Numbered from the stretch's first letter, positions 26,134 through 33,751 are shown. The stretch is 33,751 bases of DNA from Candidatus Nanohalarchaeota archaeon (GCA_017610385.1 JAFCCC010000007.1:1-33751); one strand, 5' to 3'. Made by a program: numbers and translations. Notes: generated from the sequence alone by a model not told the origin.

Positions 26134-26958
26134 TGATAATCCTAACCAAATTAAAAACCCAATTAAGGCCCCAGAACAAACTGCGGGCAGTCCTGGATAA
26201 ACTTTTCCTTTTTTTGCTCGAAACATTAAAAATGAAAGAAATAGTGCGGAAACTAAAATTGAACTAATACTTGCCCACAAACCAAACACTCTAAAAATAG
26301 AAATGGAGAAAATCATTGGAATTATAATATCACCACCACCTAAAACACCTACTTCTGTACCTATTTTTCCTTTTTCTGATTTCTGACTGCGTTTAGATTC
26401 CTTCGTTTTTTTCTTGTGATACATGAATGCCATCAGGGTGTTTGTTTTAAATCCAGATTTGGCTAAAGAAACCATGTGTTTTGTAAAGTGCACTGCAATA
26501 ATATCATATACGGATAATAACATTATAATCACCAAAGAAGGAATTACACCAACAGTCACTCCAAAAAAAGATCCTGCGCCTGCGAAAGCGCACACACAAA
26601 TTAAATTTTGAACAAACAAAGATTTAACAAAGATTCTAATTAAAACCGCCGAGATTGCAAGAAGTACTGCGATAATAAAACTGAAAAAAGACCCAAAAAA
26701 TAAAAAAGTTGTGGAAAACAAAGCCAAATAAAACCATCCCTTGATTAAAAAATTCACTTTAAATTTATACAAAATTAGAATTATTGCTGTAGCCACCATC
26801 AAAGACAGGAAAAAATACAGTCCAGAAATCGGATTGGAGTTTGTGATCACGGTTTCTTCAACAACCTGTGTAGTTAATAATTGAGATGCCGATAGCAAGC
26901 CCAAAAGATTACTAATTAAAAACAAAATTAAAGGAATGAACAAAAATTTTTTTTCCAT
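26122..26958 (-). CDS. Presenilin-family intramembrane aspartyl protease
   Basis: Multi-TM; YD..AV..TKHMV.LA, LGGGD and PGLP motifs. Confidence 0.9.
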   Translation of the reverse strand: MEKKFLFIPLILFLISNLLGLLSASQLLTTQVVEETVITNSNPISGLYFFLSLMVATAIILILYKFKVNFLIKGWFYLALFSTTFLFFGSFFSFIIAVLLAISAVLIRIFVKSLFVQNLICVCAFAGAGSFFGVTVGVIPSLVIIMLLSVYDIIAVHFTKHMVSLAKSGFKTNTLMAFMYHKKKTKESKRSQKSEKGKIGTEVGVLGGGDIIIPMIFSISIFRVFGLWASISSILVSALFLSFLMFRAKKGKVYPGLPAVCSGALIGFLIWLGLSLLW

Positions 26959-27032
26959 AGCAGTTATTTTTATTCAGTTCTTAAATGCTTTCTTTATTTT
27001 TCAAAAAGCAAATCAGTTCGTAGTATTAAAAA

Positions 27033-27413
27033 CTAATCAATTAGAACTGCGTTTACAATCCCATGTTGACCTGGTCTTGAGGTTACTTTTGCGTTACCCT
27101 TTTCTGTAGAAATAATTGCGCCTTTTGTAATGATATCTCTTCGGATATAATCCAAATTAGCGTGATTTTCAATAATATCAATTATTTTCGCCTTTGTTGC
27201 CTTACCGGTTTTTGTATTTGTCAAATTAGCGAATTCTGCTCTTTTTAATCTAAGTTTTAGGTTTCCACCCTCTACTCTACTCTTTAAAAGCCTATTGGAA
27301 CCTAAATGAGTTTCAGTAAAATTTCTACCTCTATTAAATTTTCTTTTTCTTCTTAAAGTTTTATATTTTCCAGAAGTACTTTTTCTTCTTGATCTTAAGT
27401 TCCATACAGCCAT
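27033..27413 (-). CDS. rps8e: 30S ribosomal protein S8e
   Basis: SRRK.T.G, R..GGN.K.RL, RR.IITKGAII.T..G.AKVTSRPGQ.G.VNAVL. Confidence 0.97.
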   Translation of the reverse strand: MAVWNLRSRRKSTSGKYKTLRRKRKFNRGRNFTETHLGSNRLLKSRVEGGNLKLRLKRAEFANLTNTKTGKATKAKIIDIIENHANLDYIRRDIITKGAIISTEKGNAKVTSRPGQHGIVNAVLID

Positions 27414-27492
27414 TTTAGTTCTACTGAAGATTTAAGCTAAAAGTTTAAATACCTATATGTTTCTTAGTAACATAGTTATGGGGGAAAATAAC

Positions 27493-27711
27493 ATGTCACA
27501 GAGACCATTAGATGTTTTAGACAATTCAAAAAGCAAAAGAGTCATTGTCAAGTTAAAAAACGGTAGTATAATCTCAGGAGTATTAAGAGCTTTTGACTTA
27601 CATTTAAACATGTGGTTGGAAGAAGCCGAATTAGAAGACAAAGACGCAAAAACAAAGTTTGGAAAGTTATTAGTCAGAGGAGATAACGTAATAATTATTT
27701 CGCCCGAGTAA
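27493..27711 (+). CDS. Sm/Lsm protein
   Basis: RPLD.L.......V.VKLK.G....G.L.AFD.HLN..L..A, LVRGDNV..ISP; precedes rpl37e as is usual in archaea. Confidence 0.95.
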   Translation: MSQRPLDVLDNSKSKRVIVKLKNGSIISGVLRAFDLHLNMWLEEAELEDKDAKTKFGKLLVRGDNVIIISPE

Positions 27712-27801
27712 TTAAGGTATTCTTAATAACAAATGGTGTTTCGTTCTATACGAACTAAAATAAGGGATATCTGAATTAAACTTTCATTGAGAGGTATTGA
27801 A

Positions 27802-27975
27802 ATGGGTACAGAAGGCGCAATGCGCAAAGGAAAAAGAAATAAACATGTCCATGGCAAATGTAGACGATGTGGTAAAGGCGCGTTTCATTTAAGTAGAGGC
27901 ATCTGTGCAGCGTGTGGTTTTGGAAGAAGCAAAAAGATTAGAAGATATGGTTGGATGAAGCTAAGAAAAAAGTAA
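27802..27975 (+). CDS. rpl37e: 50S ribosomal protein L37e
   Basis: GKRNK..H..CRRCG...FH.....CAACGFG.S.K.R.Y.W; GAGGT SD before ATG 27802. Confidence 0.95.
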   Translation: MGTEGAMRKGKRNKHVHGKCRRCGKGAFHLSRGICAACGFGRSKKIRRYGWMKLRKK

Positions 27976-28092
27976 TAAAACTAATAAAAAGTAATTGTTC
28001 TTTTATCTGAAAACCGAACACAATATAAACTTGTTCTAAAAAATGTTAGTATCATACCTATTACTAACAAGAAATATCATGAGGTATTTGAT

Positions 28093-28241
28093 GGGCTCGT
28101 AGCTCAGTTGGTAGGAGCCTTTTTGCACAGGCAAGCGCGCAAAAACTCTCGGGAAAAGTACGCTTCCGCAAGTAAAAAGGTCCGACAGAGAGCACACGGC
28201 TCTTAACCGTGGGGTCGCGGGTTCGAGCCCCGTCGGGCCCA
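28093..28241 (+). tRNA. tRNA-Lys(CTT) with 76-nt D-loop intron (about 20/21; 28113-28188)
   Basis: Spliced GGGCTCG TA GCTC AGTTGGTA GAGC A CACGG CTCTTAA CCGTG ... CGGGCCC A; relaxed BHB GTTG/CGAC with GT|A and AG|A bulges. Confidence 0.9.
28118..28170 (-). repeat. 53-nt hairpin element, copy in tRNA-Lys intron (inverted relative to the Gly copy)
   Basis: Reverse complement aligns ungapped with 33171-33223 at 42/53 nt (manual count). Confidence 0.8.
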
Positions 28242-28312
28242 TTCAGTTTTCTTGATTTAAGGTTTTCTAAAAAGTAGTAAATATTATAAATTACAAGACA
28301 TATTTTCTCTGA

Positions 28313-28915
28313 ATGACTCAGAGAATTTACGAAACCATCTTAGAAGAAAAATCAGTTAGTTTAAAGGAATATGGGTTAACGTTAAAAAAACTAGAAGCAC
28401 TAAGACACACAGCGCCCACAGACCTTGTATCTTCTTTTAAGAATTCGCCGTACTTAAACTGGTTGGGTGAAGAAAACTCCTGTGAAATTCCTTTACAATT
28501 ACAGGGAACCTCCTTTGCCGAGCTCGTTGATCTATATTTTTCACAAGAGGGAACAATATCTCGTGGAACAATGTACACAGATATACTTAAAATCACAAAA
28601 TCAATAATGTGGATTGCAGAGATAGACAATCACACGGTGGGGGGAATTTGGTATGAACCACAAGAAGCCCTTACAGGAATCTTACCCACGCACATCATAG
28701 TTAATCCAGAATTTAGAGAATACGGCATAGGTTCTGCATTAGAAGAGATTTCTTGTGAAAACCTAAGGCATCAAAACAGATATAAGCGGCCATTAATTTT
28801 ACAAATATGTTGGCCAATCAATAGAAAAGAGACAGAACCAGCTTGGTTCAAGAGAAGAGGTTATTCTATACAAAAATCTAGTTTTATTTATTGTGCACAA
28901 AAAAGCATTGAATAA
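28313..28915 (+). CDS. Divergent GNAT-fold acetyltransferase
   Basis: WIAE.D..TVG, IIVNPEFREYGIGSAL (motif A), WFKRRGY. Confidence 0.7.
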   Translation: MTQRIYETILEEKSVSLKEYGLTLKKLEALRHTAPTDLVSSFKNSPYLNWLGEENSCEIPLQLQGTSFAELVDLYFSQEGTISRGTMYTDILKITKSIMWIAEIDNHTVGGIWYEPQEALTGILPTHIIVNPEFREYGIGSALEEISCENLRHQNRYKRPLILQICWPINRKETEPAWFKRRGYSIQKSSFIYCAQKSIE

Positions 28916-28947
28916 TCTTAATAAATAGTCGAATTCTAAAAGTAATT

Positions 28948-29643
28948 ATGAATACATTTAGAGTCAAGGTTCTAGAAATTCAGGAAAATGTTCCTAATGT
29001 ATTTTTCATTAGATTAGAACGACCAAAGAACTTTAAATTTCAAGCAGGGCAATTTATTTTCATTAAAAAGATTGTTAATCAAATTCCGGCAATTCGCGCG
29101 TATTCTATTTCAACAACGCCACAACAAAAAGAATATTTTGAATTATGCGTAAAAAAAGTTTCTGGGGGAAAGGTTTCACCGATTTTATGCTCTTTAAAAA
29201 AGAATCAGATTTTAGAATTTAAAGGGCCTGCCGGACGATTTACCTTAGATAAGGACATAAAAGGAGAACTTGTTCTAGCGGCAACTGGAACGGGAATTTC
29301 TGCTATTAAAGGAATCCTCGTAAATGCTCTAGAAACTGGCTTCAAGAACCAGATTTATTTGTTTTTTGGCGTTAAAACTCAAAAACACATCATCTATAGA
29401 AAAGAATTAGAGAAACAAAAAAAAAAATACAAGAATTTCCATTTCATCCCAGTCTTAAGCAGGGAAAATTGGGTGGGAGAAAAAGGTCACGTTCAAGATC
29501 CAATTAAGAAATACGCGAAGAAACTAAATTTAAATGAAACACACATGTTTATTTGCGGAATTCCGTTAATGGTTCAAGAAACTAAAAAATTGGCCTTAAA
29601 ACTCGGGTTTCAAGAAGAAAACATGCATTTTGAGCGGTGTTGA
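28948..29643 (+). CDS. FAD/NAD(P)-binding oxidoreductase (ferredoxin reductase-like)
   Basis: F.AGQF, RAYSIS, GG..S, GP.G.F, ATGTGI, FICG.P.MV, HFE. Confidence 0.92.
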   Translation: MNTFRVKVLEIQENVPNVFFIRLERPKNFKFQAGQFIFIKKIVNQIPAIRAYSISTTPQQKEYFELCVKKVSGGKVSPILCSLKKNQILEFKGPAGRFTLDKDIKGELVLAATGTGISAIKGILVNALETGFKNQIYLFFGVKTQKHIIYRKELEKQKKKYKNFHFIPVLSRENWVGEKGHVQDPIKKYAKKLNLNETHMFICGIPLMVQETKKLALKLGFQEENMHFERC

Positions 29644-29661
29644 TAAAAATAATAAAATAAT

Positions 29662-30108
29662 TTATAAGTTTAAACCCATTTCATAATGTTTTATTTTAAA
29701 ACCTATTTTTTTGTAAAAATTAATTGCATTGGTATTGTTCGTTAAAACGGCCAACCGCAAGGTTTTTGTTTTGTGTGCCTTTGACCAAGTTTTAAAGTAT
29801 TCGATAAGTTCTGTTCCAATTCTATTTTTTCTGTAGTTCGGCAATACAAAAATATCATCCAAGTAAGCAACTTTTTCATAAGTATTAGAAATTAAGGATG
29901 CAATTAAAAAACCAAGAAGTTTAGAGTTTTCTTCGGCAATTACCAAGATACGTTTTTTATTTGAAATCAATCTTTCAAACTCTTCTTTTATTTTTTGAGA
30001 TGAACTTTCGAGATTAGTTCCGGCTTGCTCGTTATATTCTCCAAGAGCTTGTTTTCTTAAGAATTCATAAGACATATAATCTTCAGGCAGAATGGTTCTA
30101 ATAAGCAT
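29662..30108 (-). CDS. GNAT family N-acetyltransferase
   Basis: IFVLPNYRKNRIGTELI, L.V...N..AINFYKKIGF. Confidence 0.9.
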   Translation of the reverse strand: MLIRTILPEDYMSYEFLRKQALGEYNEQAGTNLESSSQKIKEEFERLISNKKRILVIAEENSKLLGFLIASLISNTYEKVAYLDDIFVLPNYRKNRIGTELIEYFKTWSKAHKTKTLRLAVLTNNTNAINFYKKIGFKIKHYEMGLNL

Positions 30109-30190
30109 AATATATAATTGGAGTGTTTATACAAAAAGACGCACTAAAGAAACATTTTTATAAACTTGTTCTCATTACCTCTTTAGTTAT

Positions 30191-30287
30191 AGTGAGTTAA
30201 TTATAACTCGCTGTGTTTGTGAATTTTGTTCACAAGTTAGAAAAACTCGTAAGAGTTTTACGTGATGATCAAACTTTCAGAAGTTTG
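30191..30287 (+). repeat. Array of four hairpins directly upstream of tRNA-Ile
   Basis: Stems at 30191-30212, 30217-30235, 30242-30259, 30270-30287; first 27 nt match 23628-23654 at 24/27. Confidence 0.75.
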
Positions 30288-30420
30288 GACCCGTAGCTCA
30301 GTCGGTTAGACATCCTAAATCAAATCGATTGCTGGGATGGCCCAAAGCGCTACATTCGTTTAAAAGACGCAGGCGAAGCTGATAACGTAGAGGTCGTGAG
30401 TTCAAGTCTCACCGGGTCCA
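30287..30420 (+). tRNA. tRNA-Ile(GAT) with two introns: about 22/23 (30310-30345, 36 nt) and 30/31 (30354-30377, 24 nt)
   Basis: Spliced GGACCCG TA GCTC AGTCGGTTA GAGC G CTACG CTGATAA CGTAG AGGTC GTGAG TTCAAGT CTCAC CGGGTCC A; first boundary could shift by 1 nt. Confidence 0.88.
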
Positions 30421-30426
30421 TTAAAG

Positions 30427-30873
30427 CTATTTTTTAGTTAATAATTCATAAGCTTGCTTTAGAATGTCTCTTTGTTCTTTGTACGTAAGAATAGCTTTTG
30501 CATCCCGATAATTCAAGAAAAACCCGCGTTTATGCTCTGCGTCTGGATTATCTTTAATACTAATATGGGCCTTGGCAGGAACTTCTACTAGAAAGGGCGC
30601 AAATTCTGCTTTAATTTTTTCGCCATCTTGGGAATATTGCCAGGTATAAAAACCATTTAATTTTCTAATGCTTAAAATATCAGTAATTCCGGTTTCTTCT
30701 TTTATTTCTCTTTTAATGCATTCTTCATATGATTCTTCTATCCTTAGTCCTCCCTTGTTAATTTCCCATCCATTCCAGTGTAAAACACGTTCGAAAACGG
30801 CAAAATGATAATAACCTTCAATTTTCTTGTATACCAACGCAAAAATACCTTTTCTAATCTTCATTTTCATCAC
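30427..30873 (-). CDS. NUDIX hydrolase
   Basis: W...KGG....E....C.KREIKEETG Nudix box, EH. Confidence 0.9.
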   Translation of the reverse strand: MMKMKIRKGIFALVYKKIEGYYHFAVFERVLHWNGWEINKGGLRIEESYEECIKREIKEETGITDILSIRKLNGFYTWQYSQDGEKIKAEFAPFLVEVPAKAHISIKDNPDAEHKRGFFLNYRDAKAILTYKEQRDILKQAYELLTKK

Positions 30874-30960
30874 GAACTATTGGAAATTTATTAAAATTAC
30901 ACTACAATCATATTTATACATAAAAATATAACTGTAAATTAACGTCTTAGGTGTTAAATT

Positions 30961-31581
30961 ATGTTTAACTTTCTAAAAAAGTTTTTGTCTTTATTCTCTA
31001 AAAAAAGAGAGGCTATAAGTATTGGAATTTATGGTCCACCAAATGTAGGAAAAAGTACTCTAGCGAATAAAATCTCTTTAGACTTTACTGGATCGGAATT
31101 AAGTGCTGTTTCGGAAATACCGCATGAAACAAGAGTAGTTCAAAAAAAAGAGCGTGTTGAATTGGCTATTGACTCTAAAACAATGATCATAAATTTATTA
31201 GATATGCCCGGAATTTCAACAAAAGTAGATTTTCGTGATTTTGAAGAATTTGGCATTAGTGAAACAGAATCCAAGAATAGGGCAAAAGAAGCGACAAGAG
31301 GAATCGTAGAAGCGATTAAATGGTTGGATAATGTTGATGCGTGTTTGGTTGTTTTTGATTCTACAAAAGACCCATATACTCAAGTAAATATTACGATTAT
31401 AGGCAATTTAGAAGCGAAAAATATTCCGATAATTATCGTAGCAAATAAAATTGATTTGGACGATTCAGACCCGCAAAGGATCGCGGATGCATTCCCACAG
31501 CATCCAATGATTGAAATCTCTGCTAAAGAGAATATGAACATAGATAAATTATATAAAACAATATTTGATAAGTTGAGGTAA
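30961..31581 (+). CDS. oapA: Era-like GTP-binding protein (OapA family)
   Basis: GIYGPPNVGKSTLAN, S.IPHETR, D.PG, R..EAT.G..EAI.WL, DPYTQVN, NKID, ISA. Confidence 0.9.
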   Translation: MFNFLKKFLSLFSKKREAISIGIYGPPNVGKSTLANKISLDFTGSELSAVSEIPHETRVVQKKERVELAIDSKTMIINLLDMPGISTKVDFRDFEEFGISETESKNRAKEATRGIVEAIKWLDNVDACLVVFDSTKDPYTQVNITIIGNLEAKNIPIIIVANKIDLDDSDPQRIADAFPQHPMIEISAKENMNIDKLYKTIFDKLR

Positions 31582-31583
31582 AA

Positions 31584-31991
31584 ATGCTTGCTGTACGAAA
31601 AGATAAGAATAAGAAAAAGGGGGTTAGAATCGAGTTCATTTCTAAGGATAAATTAAAAGAAAAAGACTTTGATGAGAAAGTAAACTTAATTTTAGAAAAA
31701 GTGAAAGATAATTCTATTTTAGTTTTAGAAGAAGCATTAAGCCCAGAAGAAAAAAGAGAATTAATTACAAGATCTGTTGAAAGTATTACAGAGGAATTTC
31801 CAGGTATTGAGTTTTCTGGGCTGGAGAATCACTCTGCTTTTTTTGATCGTCTTTTAAATAATCTATCCAAGAAGTTTTTAGGAAAAGAAAGAAAAAGAGG
31901 GTTAACCATTGTTGGAAATTCTAATGTAATGGAAAAGATCGCAGAAGAACGTGACTCTGTTTCCTTATTAGCAAAATTTGACAGATTTTAG
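31584..31991 (+). CDS. oapB: DUF2073 protein (OapB family)
   Basis: EK...IL..V....I.VLEE.LSP.E...LI, F.GIE, GLTIVG; second gene of the oap cluster. Confidence 0.85.
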   Translation: MLAVRKDKNKKKGVRIEFISKDKLKEKDFDEKVNLILEKVKDNSILVLEEALSPEEKRELITRSVESITEEFPGIEFSGLENHSAFFDRLLNNLSKKFLGKERKRGLTIVGNSNVMEKIAEERDSVSLLAKFDRF

Positions 31992-32000
31992 AGGTTAAAA

Positions 32001-32516
32001 ATGCCACACATTTGTATGAACTGCGGAAAAAGGTACGAAGATGACTCTGAAGAGCTTTTAAAAGGATGTGAGTGTGGATCAACATTATTCTTATTTGAAA
32101 AAGAAACAGAAGGGGTTGAAGAAGACGAACCAAAAGAAACAAAGGGGAAAAATTCAAAAGAAACTAAAAAATCAAAGAAAGCATCTAATAAAAAATATAG
32201 AGATTCTTTAGTAGAAGAAATCGACTCATTTTTGAAGAATTTAAAGGACAAATTCAAAAAAAAGAGTGAAATTAAGTTTGATTTGGAATCTATTAAGGTA
32301 ATTAAAGAAGGGGTTTATGAAATTAACATTGGAAGACTTTTGGAAAAAATGCCATTGATTATAGAAATCAAAGAAGGTAGCTATAATATTCACCTACCCT
32401 CTGCATTTAAACCAGAAGAATTTGAGACCTTTGATATTAAAGAATTAGAAGATCTACGCGCATTAATTGTATCTAAAGGCAAAAAGGGTGCTAAAAAAAA
32501 GAAGAAGACCAAATAA
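32001..32516 (+). CDS. oapC: Zn-ribbon protein (OapC family)
   Basis: MPH.C..CG....D.S..LL.GC.CG...F, ESI.V...G.YEIN...L, EG.Y.I. Confidence 0.88.
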   Translation: MPHICMNCGKRYEDDSEELLKGCECGSTLFLFEKETEGVEEDEPKETKGKNSKETKKSKKASNKKYRDSLVEEIDSFLKNLKDKFKKKSEIKFDLESIKVIKEGVYEINIGRLLEKMPLIIEIKEGSYNIHLPSAFKPEEFETFDIKELEDLRALIVSKGKKGAKKKKKTK

Positions 32517-32568
32517 CCCCCTAATTATCTAATTTCAAGCGAAAAATAATGATAAAATAGAAAAATAA

Positions 32569-32596
32569 AATTGGGCGGTAGTATTATCCGCCAATT
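32569..32596 (-). terminator. Stem-loop plus T-tract at the end of the DUF5679-like gene
   Basis: AATTGGGCGG-N9-CCGCCAATT overlapping the stop; TTTTATTTTT follows on the minus strand. Confidence 0.55.
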
Positions 32597-32724
32597 CTGA
32601 AAACTTTTGTTCCACATTTCGGACAGGTGCCTTTTGTAGCAGGCCTTCCGTTCTTCATAATAATTTTTTGTGGATTTTTAATTTCAACCTTTTCTTTACA
32701 TTTTACGCAATATGCTTGTACCAT
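32584..32724 (-). CDS. DUF5679-like small Zn-binding basic protein missing from the ORF track
   Basis: Manual translation MVQAYCVKCKEKVEIKNPQKIIMKNGRPATKGTCPKCGTKVFRIGG*; AGGTG SD. Confidence 0.88.
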   Translation of the reverse strand: MVQAYCVKCKEKVEIKNPQKIIMKNGRPATKGTCPKCGTKVFRIGG

Positions 32725-33113
32725 ATTAACACCTAATAGTAAACTACCTTTAGACGGTATATATAAGTATGCACAAATCCCTTATAAATGACGCTCAAAA
32801 TACTCTAAAAAGAGGTTTAATTTCTTTTTGTTTTTATCGGTGTTTTTGAGAACAAACATGAAAAAATAACTTTTCCTAGTTCTGTCAAATTACGATGAAT
32901 AACTCAAAATGTGAAGCTTTATTTTTACGTATTTTTCTTTCAGTTAGATCAATTCAAGAACTTATGAATTGGAAATTAGTGGGGCACAGAGACGTGAAAA
33001 CAACACAGAAATGAATACTCCACAAGAAATTAACAAATTATATTTTTGCGTTTGGATCAACACATTTAAACATATAAAAGCTTTTAAACACAGAGTCAAT
33101 TTAATTAAAATAT

Positions 33114-33263
33114 GCGTTGTTAGTCTAGGGGCATGACACAACCCTGCCAACTTATTGCACTATAACTTTATGCGGAAGCGTAATTTTCATCAACGTTTTT
33201 GCACGTTTACTTGGGCAAAAAGGTTGAGCGGTTGAGGCGCGGGTTCAATTCCCGCACAGCGCA
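33114..33263 (+). tRNA. tRNA-Gly(GCC) with 79-nt intron at 37/38 (33150-33228)
   Basis: Acceptor GCGTTGT/ACAGCGC, anticodon arm CAACC-CTGCCA|C-GGTTG, T arm GCGGG-TTCAATT-CCCGC. Confidence 0.9.
33171..33223 (+). repeat. 53-nt hairpin element, copy in tRNA-Gly intron
   Basis: TGCGGAAGCGTA-NTTTTC-N6-GTTTTTGC-N12-GCAAAAAGG; inverted homologue at 28118-28170. Confidence 0.8.
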
Positions 33264-33296
33264 CTCTAACAGAGAGTTCGGTTTAATCATTAGTTT

Positions 33297-33599
33297 TTAA
33301 TAGTGTTTGTCAAGATACGCCAAAAGCAGGATAATTCCAAGACCAATTAATGCTCCTTGAGTGGTTTTTAACTTTTGAGCGATTTCTTTAAGTTGATTTT
33401 CTCTTTGAGTTGTAAGATTTACGTACTTTATCTTTTCAGCTTTTTCAGTATCTATTTGTTTTTTTGCACTAGTCAGTTCTCCTTCACTTTGCAATAAAAT
33501 ATCCAAAAGCTTTGGGTTTCTCCTAAGTTCGTCTATTGCTTCTTGAGGTTTTTCTTTTAAGAGATTTATCAAGCTAGTTCTAAATTCTTCTGTTAACAT
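33297..33599 (-). CDS. Coiled-coil protein with C-terminal TM helix
   Basis: 100-aa ORF, heptad-rich, hydrophobic C-terminus. Confidence 0.65.
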   Translation of the reverse strand: MLTEEFRTSLINLLKEKPQEAIDELRRNPKLLDILLQSEGELTSAKKQIDTEKAEKIKYVNLTTQRENQLKEIAQKLKTTQGALIGLGIILLLAYLDKHY

Positions 33600-33751
33600 A
33601 GTTCTTAAGTGATATCTTAAGTTTATATTCTTTTCGTTATTTCGAAGAGGAATTGGGAATAAGAAATATAGACATCTAAAAGAAGTTAGTGGAGATAGAT
33701 TCCTGGGTGCAAGGTTTAAATTACTTACTAGATATAATTTATATATGGTGT

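Noticed and set aside
28036-28242. 68-aa minus-strand ORF
   Set aside because: Antisense shadow of tRNA-Lys.
213-32257. Many 60-146-aa ORFs antisense to or nested in well-supported genes (e.g. 2043-2483, 3665-4060, 6605-6964, 14633-15007, 28327-28629)
   Set aside because: Shadow ORFs with no motifs; the opposite-strand gene is better supported.
32962-33150. 62-aa minus-strand ORF
   Set aside because: Begins inside tRNA-Gly on the opposite strand; no motif.
33600-33751. Possible partial ORF or island start at the window end
   Set aside because: Frames are open on both strands but have no motif, and the region is truncated by the window edge.

Overview
AT-rich archaeal chromosomal segment. 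Rps8e, Rpl37e, Lsm, Rnp4, Cdc6/Orc1, NurA, oapABC and BHB-type tRNA introns mark it as archaeal; low GC and many ORFans suggest a DPANN-like lineage (inference). It mixes housekeeping genes (split MetRS, bacterial-type Tgt, YhaM-like HD nuclease, presenilin, subtilase) with divergent accessory genes. All six tRNA genes (Trp, Met, Arg, Lys, Ile, Gly) are interrupted, with eight introns in total, four at non-canonical positions. Two signals stand out. (1) A family of small hairpin elements sits inside tRNA introns, a pre-tRNA leader and intergenic spacers, including one 53-nt element in opposite orientations in the tRNA-Lys and tRNA-Gly introns. (2) An orphan TIGR02710-like CARF-HEPN gene lies beside a class II CCA-like nucleotidyltransferase with altered specificity motifs, near tandem 2H phosphoesterases, with no cas genes or CRISPR array in the window. 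All calls come from manual motif reading; no searches were run.
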